From assembly GCA_015067495.1 (NCBI GenBank), contig SVMI01000005.1:41599-105598 (forward strand): a stretch of 64,000 nucleotides of DNA, written 5' to 3'. The position numbers and the translations under genes were made by a program. Under the pieces are notes generated by a model, which was not told where the DNA came from, ran no database searches, and saw only the letters and a list, made by a program, of their open reading frames with translations. Position 1 is the stretch's first letter, and every line of letters begins with the position of its first letter. Below are positions 1-8,698 of the stretch, in pieces. The DNA is from Oscillospiraceae bacterium (GTDB taxonomy: Bacteria; Bacillota; Clostridia; Oscillospirales; Oscillospiraceae).

Positions 1-235
1 GGTCGCCTACACCCTCCATCCAGTGATAGTAGGATGCAAAGCAGCCGCCGAAGCGCACCATGGTGGGTGCCAGCTCCTTTGCTTTGTCGATGACCTTATC
101 GTACCATTTATGCTCGATAAAATCCCATGCGGCATCCACGGAGGAGTCGCAGACACCGACAGGCTCCATGAACTGCATATAAAGATAGGGGGAGATCTCG
201 TGCTTTTGCTTGGTGGAAATTTTAAGTTTTATCAT
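1..235 (-). CDS. Glycoside hydrolase family 51-like alpha-L-arabinofuranosidase, N-terminal part (runs off the window start)
   Basis: Not in the ORF track. Manual translation from ATG at 235 gives MIKLKISTKQKHEISPYLYMQFMEPVGVCDSSVDAAWD...ELAPTMVRFGGCFASYYHWMEGVG, matching the GH51 pattern (QFxE; PxxxRxxGGxFxxxYxWxxGVG). GGAGAGGA RBS upstream. Confidence 0.7.
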   Translation of the reverse strand, partial: MIKLKISTKQKHEISPYLYMQFMEPVGVCDSSVDAAWDFIEHKWYDKVIDKAKELAPTMVRFGGCFASYYHWMEGVGD

Positions 236-393
236 AAAATGAACCGTCCTCTCCGGGTTTTGATAATTACATTATAAAAAATACCCCGGCTGCCGCAAGG
301 CATAAAGCGGACATGTTTTCAAGAAAGTGTCCGACGATTGTAGTTTTTTGGAATTTTCTTGTATTTTTTGCGCCGATGTGCTATCATGAGTCC

Positions 394-1263
394 ATGAGCA
401 ACAAGTATAGCACCAAGCTGCCGCTGTCTCTGGAGATCTGCGGCATCAAACTGAATATTTTTGAACCCGGATGGCAGCTGCAGCGCGAGGACGGCGTGCG
501 GAAAGAGGACAGACAGAACAGTCCGCACTCCCATTTTGCCTTTGAGGTGTTTTTCGCGGCGGAGGGGGAGCTGGTGCTGGTCACCGGCAGAAACACGCAG
601 GTCTATGAAAGGAAGATCGTGATCGTTCCGCCCAAATGCAGGCATTACTCCATTCGGCAGAGCGGCTGGGGACTTTGCCTGCTGTTTGCCTTTGATGCCC
701 AGCAGGCACTGCTGGACGAGCGGATCGGAAGGATATTGTATGGTCTTGGCGGGGCGGTCTGTGCCTTTGCTCTTGACGAGGACACAGCACTCCATGCCCG
801 CATGGCGGCGCAGGCACTGAAACGGGAGGATGCTCTTTCCGCAAAGGAAACGGAGCTGCTGATCGGTCTGCTGTTTTGCAGGTTTTTGGCGAAACTCCTG
901 CCGGACGAGAAGCTGGAACAACCGACACGCAGCAGGGGAAAGCATATCAATGCCATTGAGTCCTATATCAATGCCAACATCTATCAGCCCATCACCCCGG
1001 CAGACGTGGCGGAAAATGTCTATCTGAGTGTCCGTCAGGTGTCGCGCATCGTCGAAAGGGAGTATCACTGTACCCTGCGACAATTTATTGTGGACAGAAA
1101 GCTGGACGCGGCAGAGGCACTGATCAAAAATACCGATACCAAGGTGGCGCAGGTCGCATCCATGCTGCAGCTGGGGTCGGACAATTATTTCTACGCGCTT
1201 TTCAAAAAACGCTTCGGAATGACACCGCTGCAGTACCGCAAAGCGTCAAAATCAGATCAGTAA
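394..1263 (+). CDS. AraC family transcriptional regulator (cupin + HTH), divergent from the GH51 gene
   Basis: N-terminal PHSHFAFEVFF cupin motif; C-terminal AraC HTH (YFYALFKKRFGMTPLQYRK). Start taken at MSNKY (394) rather than the track start at 313. Confidence 0.85.
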   Translation: MSNKYSTKLPLSLEICGIKLNIFEPGWQLQREDGVRKEDRQNSPHSHFAFEVFFAAEGELVLVTGRNTQVYERKIVIVPPKCRHYSIRQSGWGLCLLFAFDAQQALLDERIGRILYGLGGAVCAFALDEDTALHARMAAQALKREDALSAKETELLIGLLFCRFLAKLLPDEKLEQPTRSRGKHINAIESYINANIYQPITPADVAENVYLSVRQVSRIVEREYHCTLRQFIVDRKLDAAEALIKNTDTKVAQVASMLQLGSDNYFYALFKKRFGMTPLQYRKASKSDQ

Positions 1264-1264
1264 A

Positions 1265-1293
1265 AGAGCCTGCTGCGCTTGGCAGCAGGCTCT
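1265..1293. terminator. Bidirectional intrinsic terminator between convergent genes
   Basis: AGAGCCTGCTGC-GCTTG-GCAGCAGGCTCT, perfect 12-bp stem. Confidence 0.75.
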
Positions 1294-1297
1294 TCGG

Positions 1298-2374
1298 TTA
1301 TTCGGTTGCTTCTGCGGACGGTTCTGTTTCTTCGCCGGGTTCCGTAGGCTCCGATTCTTCTGTGGGATCGGTGGGGTCGGACTGTTCCGGCTCGTCAGGC
1401 TCGTCCTTGGGTGCTTCGTCGGTCTTTTCGCCATTGGCATCGACTGTCAGGACGGCGGATTCATCCGCGGAAAGGGTGAAACGCAGCGGCTCACCGTTGA
1501 GGGAGCAGAGGATCTCAAGACCCTCGTTGCTGTATACATAAGTAATATCGCGTTCTTCCAGACCAATGTAGATGTTGTAAGTGATGGTCTCGCCGTCTGT
1601 CAGGTGCGTGACGGTGATCACGTGATGTGTCCAATCTGGATGATCCTCATTGCGGGTCTTGCGGATGGTCAGATCGGCCTCGCCGCCGATGCTGCGCAGC
1701 TCCGTTGTTTCACAAGCGGAGCAGGTACGTGCTTCCCGGTCAGTATCCTCGATGGCAGTCCATTCGCCGAAGGTGTGATCCAATGCGTCTACAACATTTT
1801 CCTGTTTCACATCGCCGCAGCGGGTGCAGGTATATTCGTCGTAGCCGGAGGTGGTGCAGGAGGCATGGACAGTATCGGTGAGCTGATAGTCATGTCCGGG
1901 AGCGATCTGCTCATTGCGGCGCTCCTCTACATTGCAGCGCTTGCAGACCAGACGGGTGTAGCCGTCCTGCTCGCAGGTCAGCTCGAAGACCTCAGGCTCG
2001 CCGTAATCGTGACCCTTGGGGTCGCGGAAATCGCGGGTGGTCGTTTTGCCGCAGTCGCAGGTGTAAACGGAGTAGCCCATCTGTGTGCAGGTTGCACTGT
2101 GGGTCTCGGTCTTGTGGAACTGATGCTCATGGGGACCTGTGACGGGGGGATCGGTGGGGTCGGTCGGCTCAGAGGTTGGCTCAGAGCTGGGGTCGGTAAT
2201 CGGATCCGTCGGTTCGCTGCTGGGATCAGTGGGGACGGAAGGCTCCGTGGGCGGGGTGGTTGCGTTCAGCATATCAAAGAGCGCGCCGACTTTATTCATA
2301 ACAATGCATGCCGTGACGAGAACTGCAACCAGCAGTACACACATCACGATCAGCATGATCTGTTTCGTGGTCAT
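1298..2374 (-). CDS. Membrane-anchored exported protein with Pro/Thr/Glu linker and Cys/His repeats
   Basis: N-terminal hydrophobic helix, PTEP/PTDP linker, about 3.5 repeats of H..(A/T)C..GY...C..C, acidic tail; GGAGG RBS. Confidence 0.8.
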   Translation of the reverse strand: MTTKQIMLIVMCVLLVAVLVTACIVMNKVGALFDMLNATTPPTEPSVPTDPSSEPTDPITDPSSEPTSEPTDPTDPPVTGPHEHQFHKTETHSATCTQMGYSVYTCDCGKTTTRDFRDPKGHDYGEPEVFELTCEQDGYTRLVCKRCNVEERRNEQIAPGHDYQLTDTVHASCTTSGYDEYTCTRCGDVKQENVVDALDHTFGEWTAIEDTDREARTCSACETTELRSIGGEADLTIRKTRNEDHPDWTHHVITVTHLTDGETITYNIYIGLEERDITYVYSNEGLEILCSLNGEPLRFTLSADESAVLTVDANGEKTDEAPKDEPDEPEQSDPTDPTEESEPTEPGEETEPSAEATE

Positions 2375-2461
2375 GGTGATTCCTCCTGTTCGTCCACATT
2401 ATAGCGCATTCAGACAAGGATTGCAAGCAAAAATCAGAGCTTTTACAAAGACCGGCAAATG

Positions 2462-2490
2462 TTGACTTTCAGGCAAAAAAAGCATATAAT
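2462..2490 (+). promoter_or_regulatory. Sigma-A promoter of the topoisomerase operon
   Basis: TTGACT-17 nt-TATAAT. Confidence 0.7.
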
Positions 2491-2529
2491 AAAATAGCTA
2501 TTTTATGGATAAGTTGGCAGGTATTTGAT

Positions 2530-4533
2530 ATGGCAATGAAAAAACAGGAACAGTACGGCAATTCCAGTATTTCCATGCTCAAGGGCGAGGAGCGTGTGCG
2601 TAAGCGTCCGGCGGTCATTTTCGGCTCGGACGATCTGGAAGGCTGTAAGCATGCGGTTTTTGAGATCCTCTCCAACGCTATTGACGAAGCCCGTGAGGGT
2701 CACGGCGATCTGATCATTGTGACCCGCTATGAGGATCACAGCGTTGAGGTGGAGGACTTCGGACGCGGCTGTCCCGTGGACTACAACGAGAAGGAAAAGC
2801 GCTATAACTGGGAACTGGTGTTCTGCGAGATGTACGCGGGCGGCAAGTACGGCGAGAACGGAGAAAACTATGAGTATTCTCTGGGTCTGAACGGTCTTGG
2901 CTCCTGCGCGACCCAGTATGCCTCGGAATTTTTTGACGCGGTGATCCGCCGTGACGGCTTCCGCTATGATCTTCACTTTGAAAAGGGTCGCAACAAGGGC
3001 GGTTTGAAGAAAGAGCCTACCGATCGGGGTCGCAAGACCGGCTCCTGCTTCCACTGGCGTCCTGACCGTCAGGTCTTTACGGACATCAACATCCCCGCGG
3101 AGTATTATCGGGATGTGCTGCGCCGTCAGGCGGTGGTCAACAAGGGCATTACCTTCCGCTTCCGCAATCAGGTGGGCAAAAAGTTCGAGGAGGAAGAATT
3201 CTGCTACGAGGGCGGCATCCGTCAGTATATCGAAGAGCTGGTGGGCGACAATGCCTTTACCATGCCCGTCTACTGGGAGACAGAGCGCCGTGGTCGTGAC
3301 GCGGACAACCGTCCCGAAATGAAGCTGAAGATCACCGCATCCTTCTGCTTCTCCAAGCAGCTCGCCCACGTGGAATATTACCATAACTCCTCATGGCTGG
3401 AGTACGGCGGAAGTCCTGACCGTGCGGTACGCCTTGCGTTTGTGGCAGCTTTCGACAAGTTCCTCAAGGAAAGCGGAAAGTATACCAAAAGCGAGATGGA
3501 TGGCAGGAGCAGGATTCTGTATCAGGACATTCAGGAAAGCCTTGTGCTGGTGACCAACTGCTTCTCTACCATCGGCTGCTTTGAAAACCAGACCAAGAAG
3601 TCTGTCAATTCCCGCTTTACCCAAGAGGCGATGACCCAATTCTTCAAGGATCAGCTGCAGGTCTGGTTTATTGAGAACAAGCAGGATGCGGAGCGTGCTG
3701 CGGAGCAGATCCTGATCAACAAGCGCGCCCGTGAGAACGCGGAAAGAACCAGAACCAACATCAAGAAGAACCTCAGCGCCAAGGTGGATATCGCCAACCG
3801 GGTGCAGAAGTTTGTGGACTGCCGCAGCAAAGACCCCGCGGTGCGGGAGCTGTATATCGTCGAGGGCGACTCCGCATTGGGAAGCGTCAAGCAATCCCGT
3901 GACGCGGAATTTCAGGGTATCATGCCGGTACGCGGCAAGATCCTCAACTGCCTGAAGGCGGACTATACCAAGATTTTTGCCAGCCCCATCATCACCGACC
4001 TGATGAAGGTGCTGGGCTGCGGCGTGGAGATCGAGGGCAAAAAAGCCAAGGATCTGAGCAGCTTCGACATCGACAATCTGCGCTGGAACAAGGTGGTCAT
4101 CTGTACCGACGCGGACGTGGACGGCTTCCAGATCCGCACCCTGATCCTGACCATGCTGTACCGCCTTTGTCCCACCCTGATCCGGGACGGCTATGTCTAT
4201 ATCGCGGAATCGCCGCTGTTTGAGATCACCTATAAGGACAAGACTTGGTTTGCCTATAACGAGCAGGAGAAGACGAAGATCCTGCGTGACGATCTGGAGG
4301 GCAAAAAGCCTACCAAGATCCAGCGCTCCAAGGGTCTTGGCGAAAATGATCCTGAGATGATGTGGATGACCACCATGAATCCTGAGACCCGCCGCCTGAT
4401 CAAGGTCATGCCCGAGGATGTGGAGCGTACCGCTCATTATTTCGACGTCCTGCTGGGCGACAATCTGACAGAACGAAAGAACTTTATCGCCGAAAACGGC
4501 TCCAGATATCTGGAGCTGGCGGATTTTTCCTAA
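2530..4533 (+). CDS. parE: Type IIA topoisomerase B subunit (topoisomerase IV ParE-like / GyrB family)
   Basis: GHKL motifs (EILSNAIDE, DFGRG, GLNGLG) and TOPRIM motifs EGDSA, PVRGKILN, DADVDG, RSKGLGE. Family is certain; ParE versus GyrB is inferred from the partner lacking a GyrA-box and the absence of oriC-region genes. Confidence 0.85.
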   Translation: MAMKKQEQYGNSSISMLKGEERVRKRPAVIFGSDDLEGCKHAVFEILSNAIDEAREGHGDLIIVTRYEDHSVEVEDFGRGCPVDYNEKEKRYNWELVFCEMYAGGKYGENGENYEYSLGLNGLGSCATQYASEFFDAVIRRDGFRYDLHFEKGRNKGGLKKEPTDRGRKTGSCFHWRPDRQVFTDINIPAEYYRDVLRRQAVVNKGITFRFRNQVGKKFEEEEFCYEGGIRQYIEELVGDNAFTMPVYWETERRGRDADNRPEMKLKITASFCFSKQLAHVEYYHNSSWLEYGGSPDRAVRLAFVAAFDKFLKESGKYTKSEMDGRSRILYQDIQESLVLVTNCFSTIGCFENQTKKSVNSRFTQEAMTQFFKDQLQVWFIENKQDAERAAEQILINKRARENAERTRTNIKKNLSAKVDIANRVQKFVDCRSKDPAVRELYIVEGDSALGSVKQSRDAEFQGIMPVRGKILNCLKADYTKIFASPIITDLMKVLGCGVEIEGKKAKDLSSFDIDNLRWNKVVICTDADVDGFQIRTLILTMLYRLCPTLIRDGYVYIAESPLFEITYKDKTWFAYNEQEKTKILRDDLEGKKPTKIQRSKGLGENDPEMMWMTTMNPETRRLIKVMPEDVERTAHYFDVLLGDNLTERKNFIAENGSRYLELADFS

Positions 4534-4545
4534 AAGAGGTGTACC

Positions 4546-6795
4546 ATGGCACGTAAGAAGAAAGAATCTGAACAGAATAAGCCAAAGGTCAACACCGATC
4601 ACGTGGTGGGACTGGTGGGTTCCACCACCGAGCAGGCGATCACCGAAACGCTGGAGATCAACTACATGCCCTACGCCATGTCGGTCATCGTTTCCCGGGC
4701 GATCCCGGAGATCGACGGCTTCAAGCCCTCTCACCGCAAGCTGCTTTACACCATGTACAAGATGGGGCTTCTGCGTAAGGATCGGGTGAAGTCTGCCAAC
4801 ATTGTCGGTCAGACCATGCAGCTCAACCCCCATGGTGATGCCGCCATCTACGAAACGATGGTGCGTCTTGCGCGGGGCAACGAGACTCTGCTGCACCCCT
4901 TCGTGGACTCCAAGGGTAACTTCGGCAAGGTCTACTCCCGGGATATGGCATACGCCGCCTCCCGTTACACCGAGGCGAAGCTGGATGCCATTTGCGAGGA
5001 GATCTTTAAGGACATCGACAGCGACACCGTTGACATGGTCGATAACTACGACGGCTCGCTGAAAGAGCCGAGCCTGCTGCCCACCACCTTCCCCAATGTG
5101 CTGGTCTCTGCCAATCAGGGCATCGCGGTCGGCATGGCGAGCAATATCTGCTCGTTCAACCTGCGTGAGGTCTGCGAGACTGCCATCGCCTTGATGCAGA
5201 ACCCGGAGCATGACATTCTGGAAACCCTGCCCGGCCCGGACTTTTCCACCGGTGCGGAGCTTCTGTTTGACGAAGCGACCACCCGTGAGATCTATTCCAC
5301 CGGTCGCGGCAGCTTCAAGCTCCGTGCAAAATGGCACTATGTCAAGGACGGAAACCTGATCGAGATCACGCAGATCCCTTATTCTACCGCCGCGGAAGTC
5401 ATTATGGACAAGGTGGCGGATCTGATCAAGGTCGGCAAGATCAAGGAGATCGCCGATATGCGTGACGAGTCCGACCTCGGCGGTTTGAAGCTGACCATCG
5501 ACCTGAAGCGCGGTGTCGAGCCGGAAAAGCTGATGCAAAAGCTCTTCCGCATGACTCCTCTGCAGGACAGCTTCGCCTGCAACTTCAACATCCTCATCGC
5601 CGGCATGCCCCGTGTCATGGGTATCGCAGAGATCCTTGAGGAGTGGACAGCATGGCGTACCGAGTGCGTCAAGCGCAGACTTTACTTCCAGATCGGCAAG
5701 AAGGAAGAACGGCTGCACCTGCTGAAGGGTTTGGAGCGCATCCTGCTGGACATCGACAAGGCAATCAAGATCATCCGTGAGACAGAGCTGGATGCGGAGG
5801 TCATTCCCAATTTGATGATCGGCTTCGGCATCGACGAGATTCAGGCGAACTACGTTGCGGAGATCAAGCTTCGCAACATCAATAAGGAATATATCCTCAA
5901 GCAGACCAAGGCAATCGCGGAGCTGGAAAAGGAAATTGCCGACCTGCGCAGTACTCTGAAGAGCCACGCAAAGCTGCAGAAGCTGATCATCGACGAGCTG
6001 AAGCAGGTGGCGGACAAGTACGGTCAGCCCCGCAAGACCGAGATCATCTACGAGTCTGCACAGATAGAGGAAGAAGACGAGGTCGAGCAGGTACCCGACT
6101 ATCCTGTCACACTCTTTATCTCCAAAGAGGGTTACCTCAAGAAGATCACGCCTCAGTCGCTGCGCATGAGCGGTGAACAGAAGTTCAAGGAAGGCGACAG
6201 CCTGCAATTCTCTGTGGAAACGACCAACCGTGCAGAGCTGCTGGTCTTTACAGACCGCTTCCAGTGCTATAAGACCCGTCTTGCTGATTTTGAGGACGGC
6301 AAGGCTTCCCAGCTGGGCGATTATCTGCCTCAGAAGCTGGGCATGGAGCAGGGCGAAAATGTGGTACAGGTGGTGCTGCCCGGCGATTACAAGGGCTTTG
6401 TGCTGTTCTTCTTTGAAAACGGCAAGGTCGCCAAGGTACCCCTGAGTGCCTATGAGACCAAGACAAACCGCAAGAAGCTGACGGGTGCTTACGCCGACAA
6501 GAGTCCTGTCAAGACCATCTGCGCCCTTTATGAGGATGCCCAGATGGCAGTCTATACCACCGACAACCGGGCGGTCATCTTCTCGACGGCACAGCTGCTG
6601 CCCAAGACCAGCCGCAACACCATCGGCGTTTCTGTGGTCAGCGTTAAGAAGAAGGCGGCGGTGTCTCATGCCGTGCCGGTGAGTGAGAGCGGCATCGTGA
6701 ACCAGAGCCGATACCGCACCAGAACGCTGCCTTCGGCAGGTTCGCCGCTGAAGCCGGAGGATGCGCCGGAAAAACAGATCAGCTTTGAAGTTTAA
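4546..6795 (+). CDS. parC: Type IIA topoisomerase A subunit (ParC-like / GyrA family)
   Basis: DGFKPSHR, PHGD, catalytic ASRYTE; shortened CTD with no QRRGGKG GyrA-box. Confidence 0.85.
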   Translation: MARKKKESEQNKPKVNTDHVVGLVGSTTEQAITETLEINYMPYAMSVIVSRAIPEIDGFKPSHRKLLYTMYKMGLLRKDRVKSANIVGQTMQLNPHGDAAIYETMVRLARGNETLLHPFVDSKGNFGKVYSRDMAYAASRYTEAKLDAICEEIFKDIDSDTVDMVDNYDGSLKEPSLLPTTFPNVLVSANQGIAVGMASNICSFNLREVCETAIALMQNPEHDILETLPGPDFSTGAELLFDEATTREIYSTGRGSFKLRAKWHYVKDGNLIEITQIPYSTAAEVIMDKVADLIKVGKIKEIADMRDESDLGGLKLTIDLKRGVEPEKLMQKLFRMTPLQDSFACNFNILIAGMPRVMGIAEILEEWTAWRTECVKRRLYFQIGKKEERLHLLKGLERILLDIDKAIKIIRETELDAEVIPNLMIGFGIDEIQANYVAEIKLRNINKEYILKQTKAIAELEKEIADLRSTLKSHAKLQKLIIDELKQVADKYGQPRKTEIIYESAQIEEEDEVEQVPDYPVTLFISKEGYLKKITPQSLRMSGEQKFKEGDSLQFSVETTNRAELLVFTDRFQCYKTRLADFEDGKASQLGDYLPQKLGMEQGENVVQVVLPGDYKGFVLFFFENGKVAKVPLSAYETKTNRKKLTGAYADKSPVKTICALYEDAQMAVYTTDNRAVIFSTAQLLPKTSRNTIGVSVVSVKKKAAVSHAVPVSESGIVNQSRYRTRTLPSAGSPLKPEDAPEKQISFEV

Positions 6796-6815
6796 GAAGA
6801 CAAGGAGGGAACTGC

Positions 6816-7898
6816 ATGAAAAAATCGGTCATTTTGATCATCGTTTTGTGTCTGCTGCTTAGTGGCTGCAGTAATTGGCTGAACGGAAACTATTCCTCTG
6901 TGGTTCCCCACACAGAGCCGAATGAGCAGATCAACACTCCGTCGGCAAGCATTGCCAACTACTTCCAGACGAAATTGGAATTGATCTCAATGGTAAAGAA
7001 CGGCACAGAAAGTGCGGTGCTTACGATCCTCTATCCTTCAGACAAGGATGCGGAAGCAGACATGATCAAGGCGATCGACGAGGTTTGCCGGACGGATCCC
7101 TATGCCGTTTATGCAGTGCAGGGTATTCGCTATGAGCTGGGCACAAGCAGTGGACAGAGTGCCATCCACGTCCAGATAACCTATCGGCAGAACAGAGTGG
7201 ATGTGAAGACGATCCATGCGGTCAAAGACGTGGAGGAGGCAAAGCTGCTGATCGCAGAGCAGCTGGATGCCTGTTCTTCCGGCGTGGTGTTCTACTGTGA
7301 GAGCTGGGGACAGCCGGATTACGCGCAGATCGTTGCCGATTATGCGCTGAAAAATCCCCATCAGGTCATTGAGGAGCCGGAGGTCACAGTGAACAGCTAC
7401 CCCGAAAGGGGTATGAAGCAGATCGTGGAGCTGAAGTTTACCTACCAGACCAGCCGGGATTCCCTGCGGGTGATGCAATCCCACGTGGCGGTGGTGTTCA
7501 ATTCGGCAGAGCAATCTGTTGATCCTGCCGCATCGGAGATGGAGCGGCATGAGCAGCTGTACAATTTTCTGATGAACCGCTATTCCTCCTATGAGATCAG
7601 CACTTCCATAACACCGGCATACAGTCTGTTACGCCACGGAGTGGGTGATGAGCGGGCATTTGCAACGGTTTACGCTGCCATGTGTGGAAGAGTAGGTCTG
7701 AATTGCGAGGTCGTGACCGGCACACGTGACGGCAAGCTGTGGACGTGGAACGTGATAGAGATGGACGGTATCTATTATCATCTCGACGTGCTGCGCAGCA
7801 GGGAAGCAGGTCAGTTCCATACCTATACGGGTGAGGAGATGACCGGCTATGTATGGGATTACTCTCTGTATCCCTTCGCCAGAGAAAAAATATCATAA
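6816..7898 (+). CDS. Lipoprotein with C-terminal transglutaminase-like domain (degenerate catalytic triad)
   Basis: Lipobox LSGC; C-terminal GLNCEVVTG...WNVIEMDGIYYHLD typical of transglutaminase-like domains. Confidence 0.7.
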   Translation: MKKSVILIIVLCLLLSGCSNWLNGNYSSVVPHTEPNEQINTPSASIANYFQTKLELISMVKNGTESAVLTILYPSDKDAEADMIKAIDEVCRTDPYAVYAVQGIRYELGTSSGQSAIHVQITYRQNRVDVKTIHAVKDVEEAKLLIAEQLDACSSGVVFYCESWGQPDYAQIVADYALKNPHQVIEEPEVTVNSYPERGMKQIVELKFTYQTSRDSLRVMQSHVAVVFNSAEQSVDPAASEMERHEQLYNFLMNRYSSYEISTSITPAYSLLRHGVGDERAFATVYAAMCGRVGLNCEVVTGTRDGKLWTWNVIEMDGIYYHLDVLRSREAGQFHTYTGEEMTGYVWDYSLYPFAREKIS

Positions 7899-7914
7899 AA
7901 TAGGCAAAAAGGTA

Positions 7915-7942
7915 TTGACATTTGCAGGATTTCTGCTATAAT
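7915..7942 (+). promoter_or_regulatory. Sigma-A promoter of tRNA-Gly
   Basis: TTGACA-16 nt-TATAAT with extended TG. Confidence 0.75.
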
Positions 7943-7954
7943 ACCTTTTGTTCC

Positions 7955-8030
7955 GCGGGTGTAGCTCATCCGGTAGAGCGCCACCTTGCCAAGGTGGAGG
8001 TAGCGAGTTCGAGCCTCGTCACCCGCTCCA
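7955..8030 (+). tRNA. tRNA-Gly(GCC)
   Basis: 76-nt cloverleaf GCGGGTG...CACCCGC-TCCA, anticodon GCC, GTTCGAG T-loop, encoded CCA. Confidence 0.97.
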
Positions 8031-8074
8031 AATAGAAAAAGCAGATGCATTAGCATCTGCTTTTTCTATTTGGA
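8027..8074 (+). terminator. Terminator hairpin after tRNA-Gly (22-bp perfect inverted repeat)
   Basis: TCCAAATAGAAAAAGCAGATGC-ATTA-GCATCTGCTTTTTCTATTTGGA. Confidence 0.8.
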
Positions 8075-8698
8075 AAATGGCGGTAGAGGCTCGAAGATCT
8101 CAAATGCAACAGTCCGGGGGACTGTTGCGCGCGACGGCTGGACGGAGCGCAACCATAGTTTTTGCCGAAGGCGAAAATGCAAACGAGCCTCGTCACCCGC
8201 TCCAAAAAGAAAAGCAGATGCGTTAGCATCTGCTTTTTCTTTTTGTTTGAATGACGTGAGAACGGGTATGGTCGTAGAATTTGTATCGCTGTCCATGGTA
8301 TCGAGAATTTGACTGAGCATGATGGCGCGCTTGGGGTCAATTCGCTTCCATGGACCGCTATCAATGCGCATAAAGCGGTTGTCCCGCTGCTGGTAGACCT
8401 TCTGCGTGTTGTCGGAATAGCGCAGGGTAATAAAAAAATCGCTTCCCTGTATTTGCGCCGGGTCTTCTGCAGGTGTTCCGTAAGGGGAAATGCTGCGAAG
8501 ATAATAGAGGATTTTCTGCATTTTTTCCGGCTCAAAAAAGCTCCCCTCGGAAACGATCCGATCTTTCTGATAACGGACATCAATTTGCGTCACGACGCGG
8601 TAAGCCTCTGTTTCAGAGGGGCGCTGCAAATGAGCACAACCAGCGGTGATCAGGGCAAGGATCATGGAAAGAAAAATAACTGCAATTTTTCGCTTCAT
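8066..8698 (-). CDS. Putative lipoprotein (hypothetical); reading frame runs into the tRNA-Gly repeat
   Basis: MKRKIAVIFLSMILALITAGC lipobox with GGAGG RBS at the 8698 start; no stop until 8066. Confidence 0.7.
   Translation of the reverse strand: MKRKIAVIFLSMILALITAGCAHLQRPSETEAYRVVTQIDVRYQKDRIVSEGSFFEPEKMQKILYYLRSISPYGTPAEDPAQIQGSDFFITLRYSDNTQKVYQQRDNRFMRIDSGPWKRIDPKRAIMLSQILDTMDSDTNSTTIPVLTSFKQKEKADANASAFLFGAGDEARLHFRLRQKLWLRSVQPSRATVPRTVAFEIFEPLPPFSK
8080..8204 (+). ncRNA. Four-stem structured element, copy 1 (behind tRNA-Gly; possibly related to the Clostridiales-1 RNA motif)
   Basis: Closing stem GAGGCTCG/CGAGCCTC encloses hairpins GCAACAGTCC/GGACTGTTGC, GCGC..GCGC and a TTTT-GCC-GAA-GGC-GAAAA arm; same architecture at 29133-29260. 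Confidence 0.6.
8184..8240 (+). repeat. Direct repeat of the tRNA-Gly 3' end plus terminator (other copy 8010-8067)
   Basis: CGAGCCTCGTCACCCGCTCCAAA.AGAAAA.GCAGATGC.TTAGCATCTGCTTTTTCT, 57-58 bp with about 3 differences. Confidence 0.9.

Noticed and set aside
7948-8226. ORFs containing MQQSGGLL (7948-8226 and 29051-29239) as a small protein family
   Set aside because: The shared peptide is just the translation of the conserved hairpin; the frames overlap tRNA or terminator sequence and lack an RBS.
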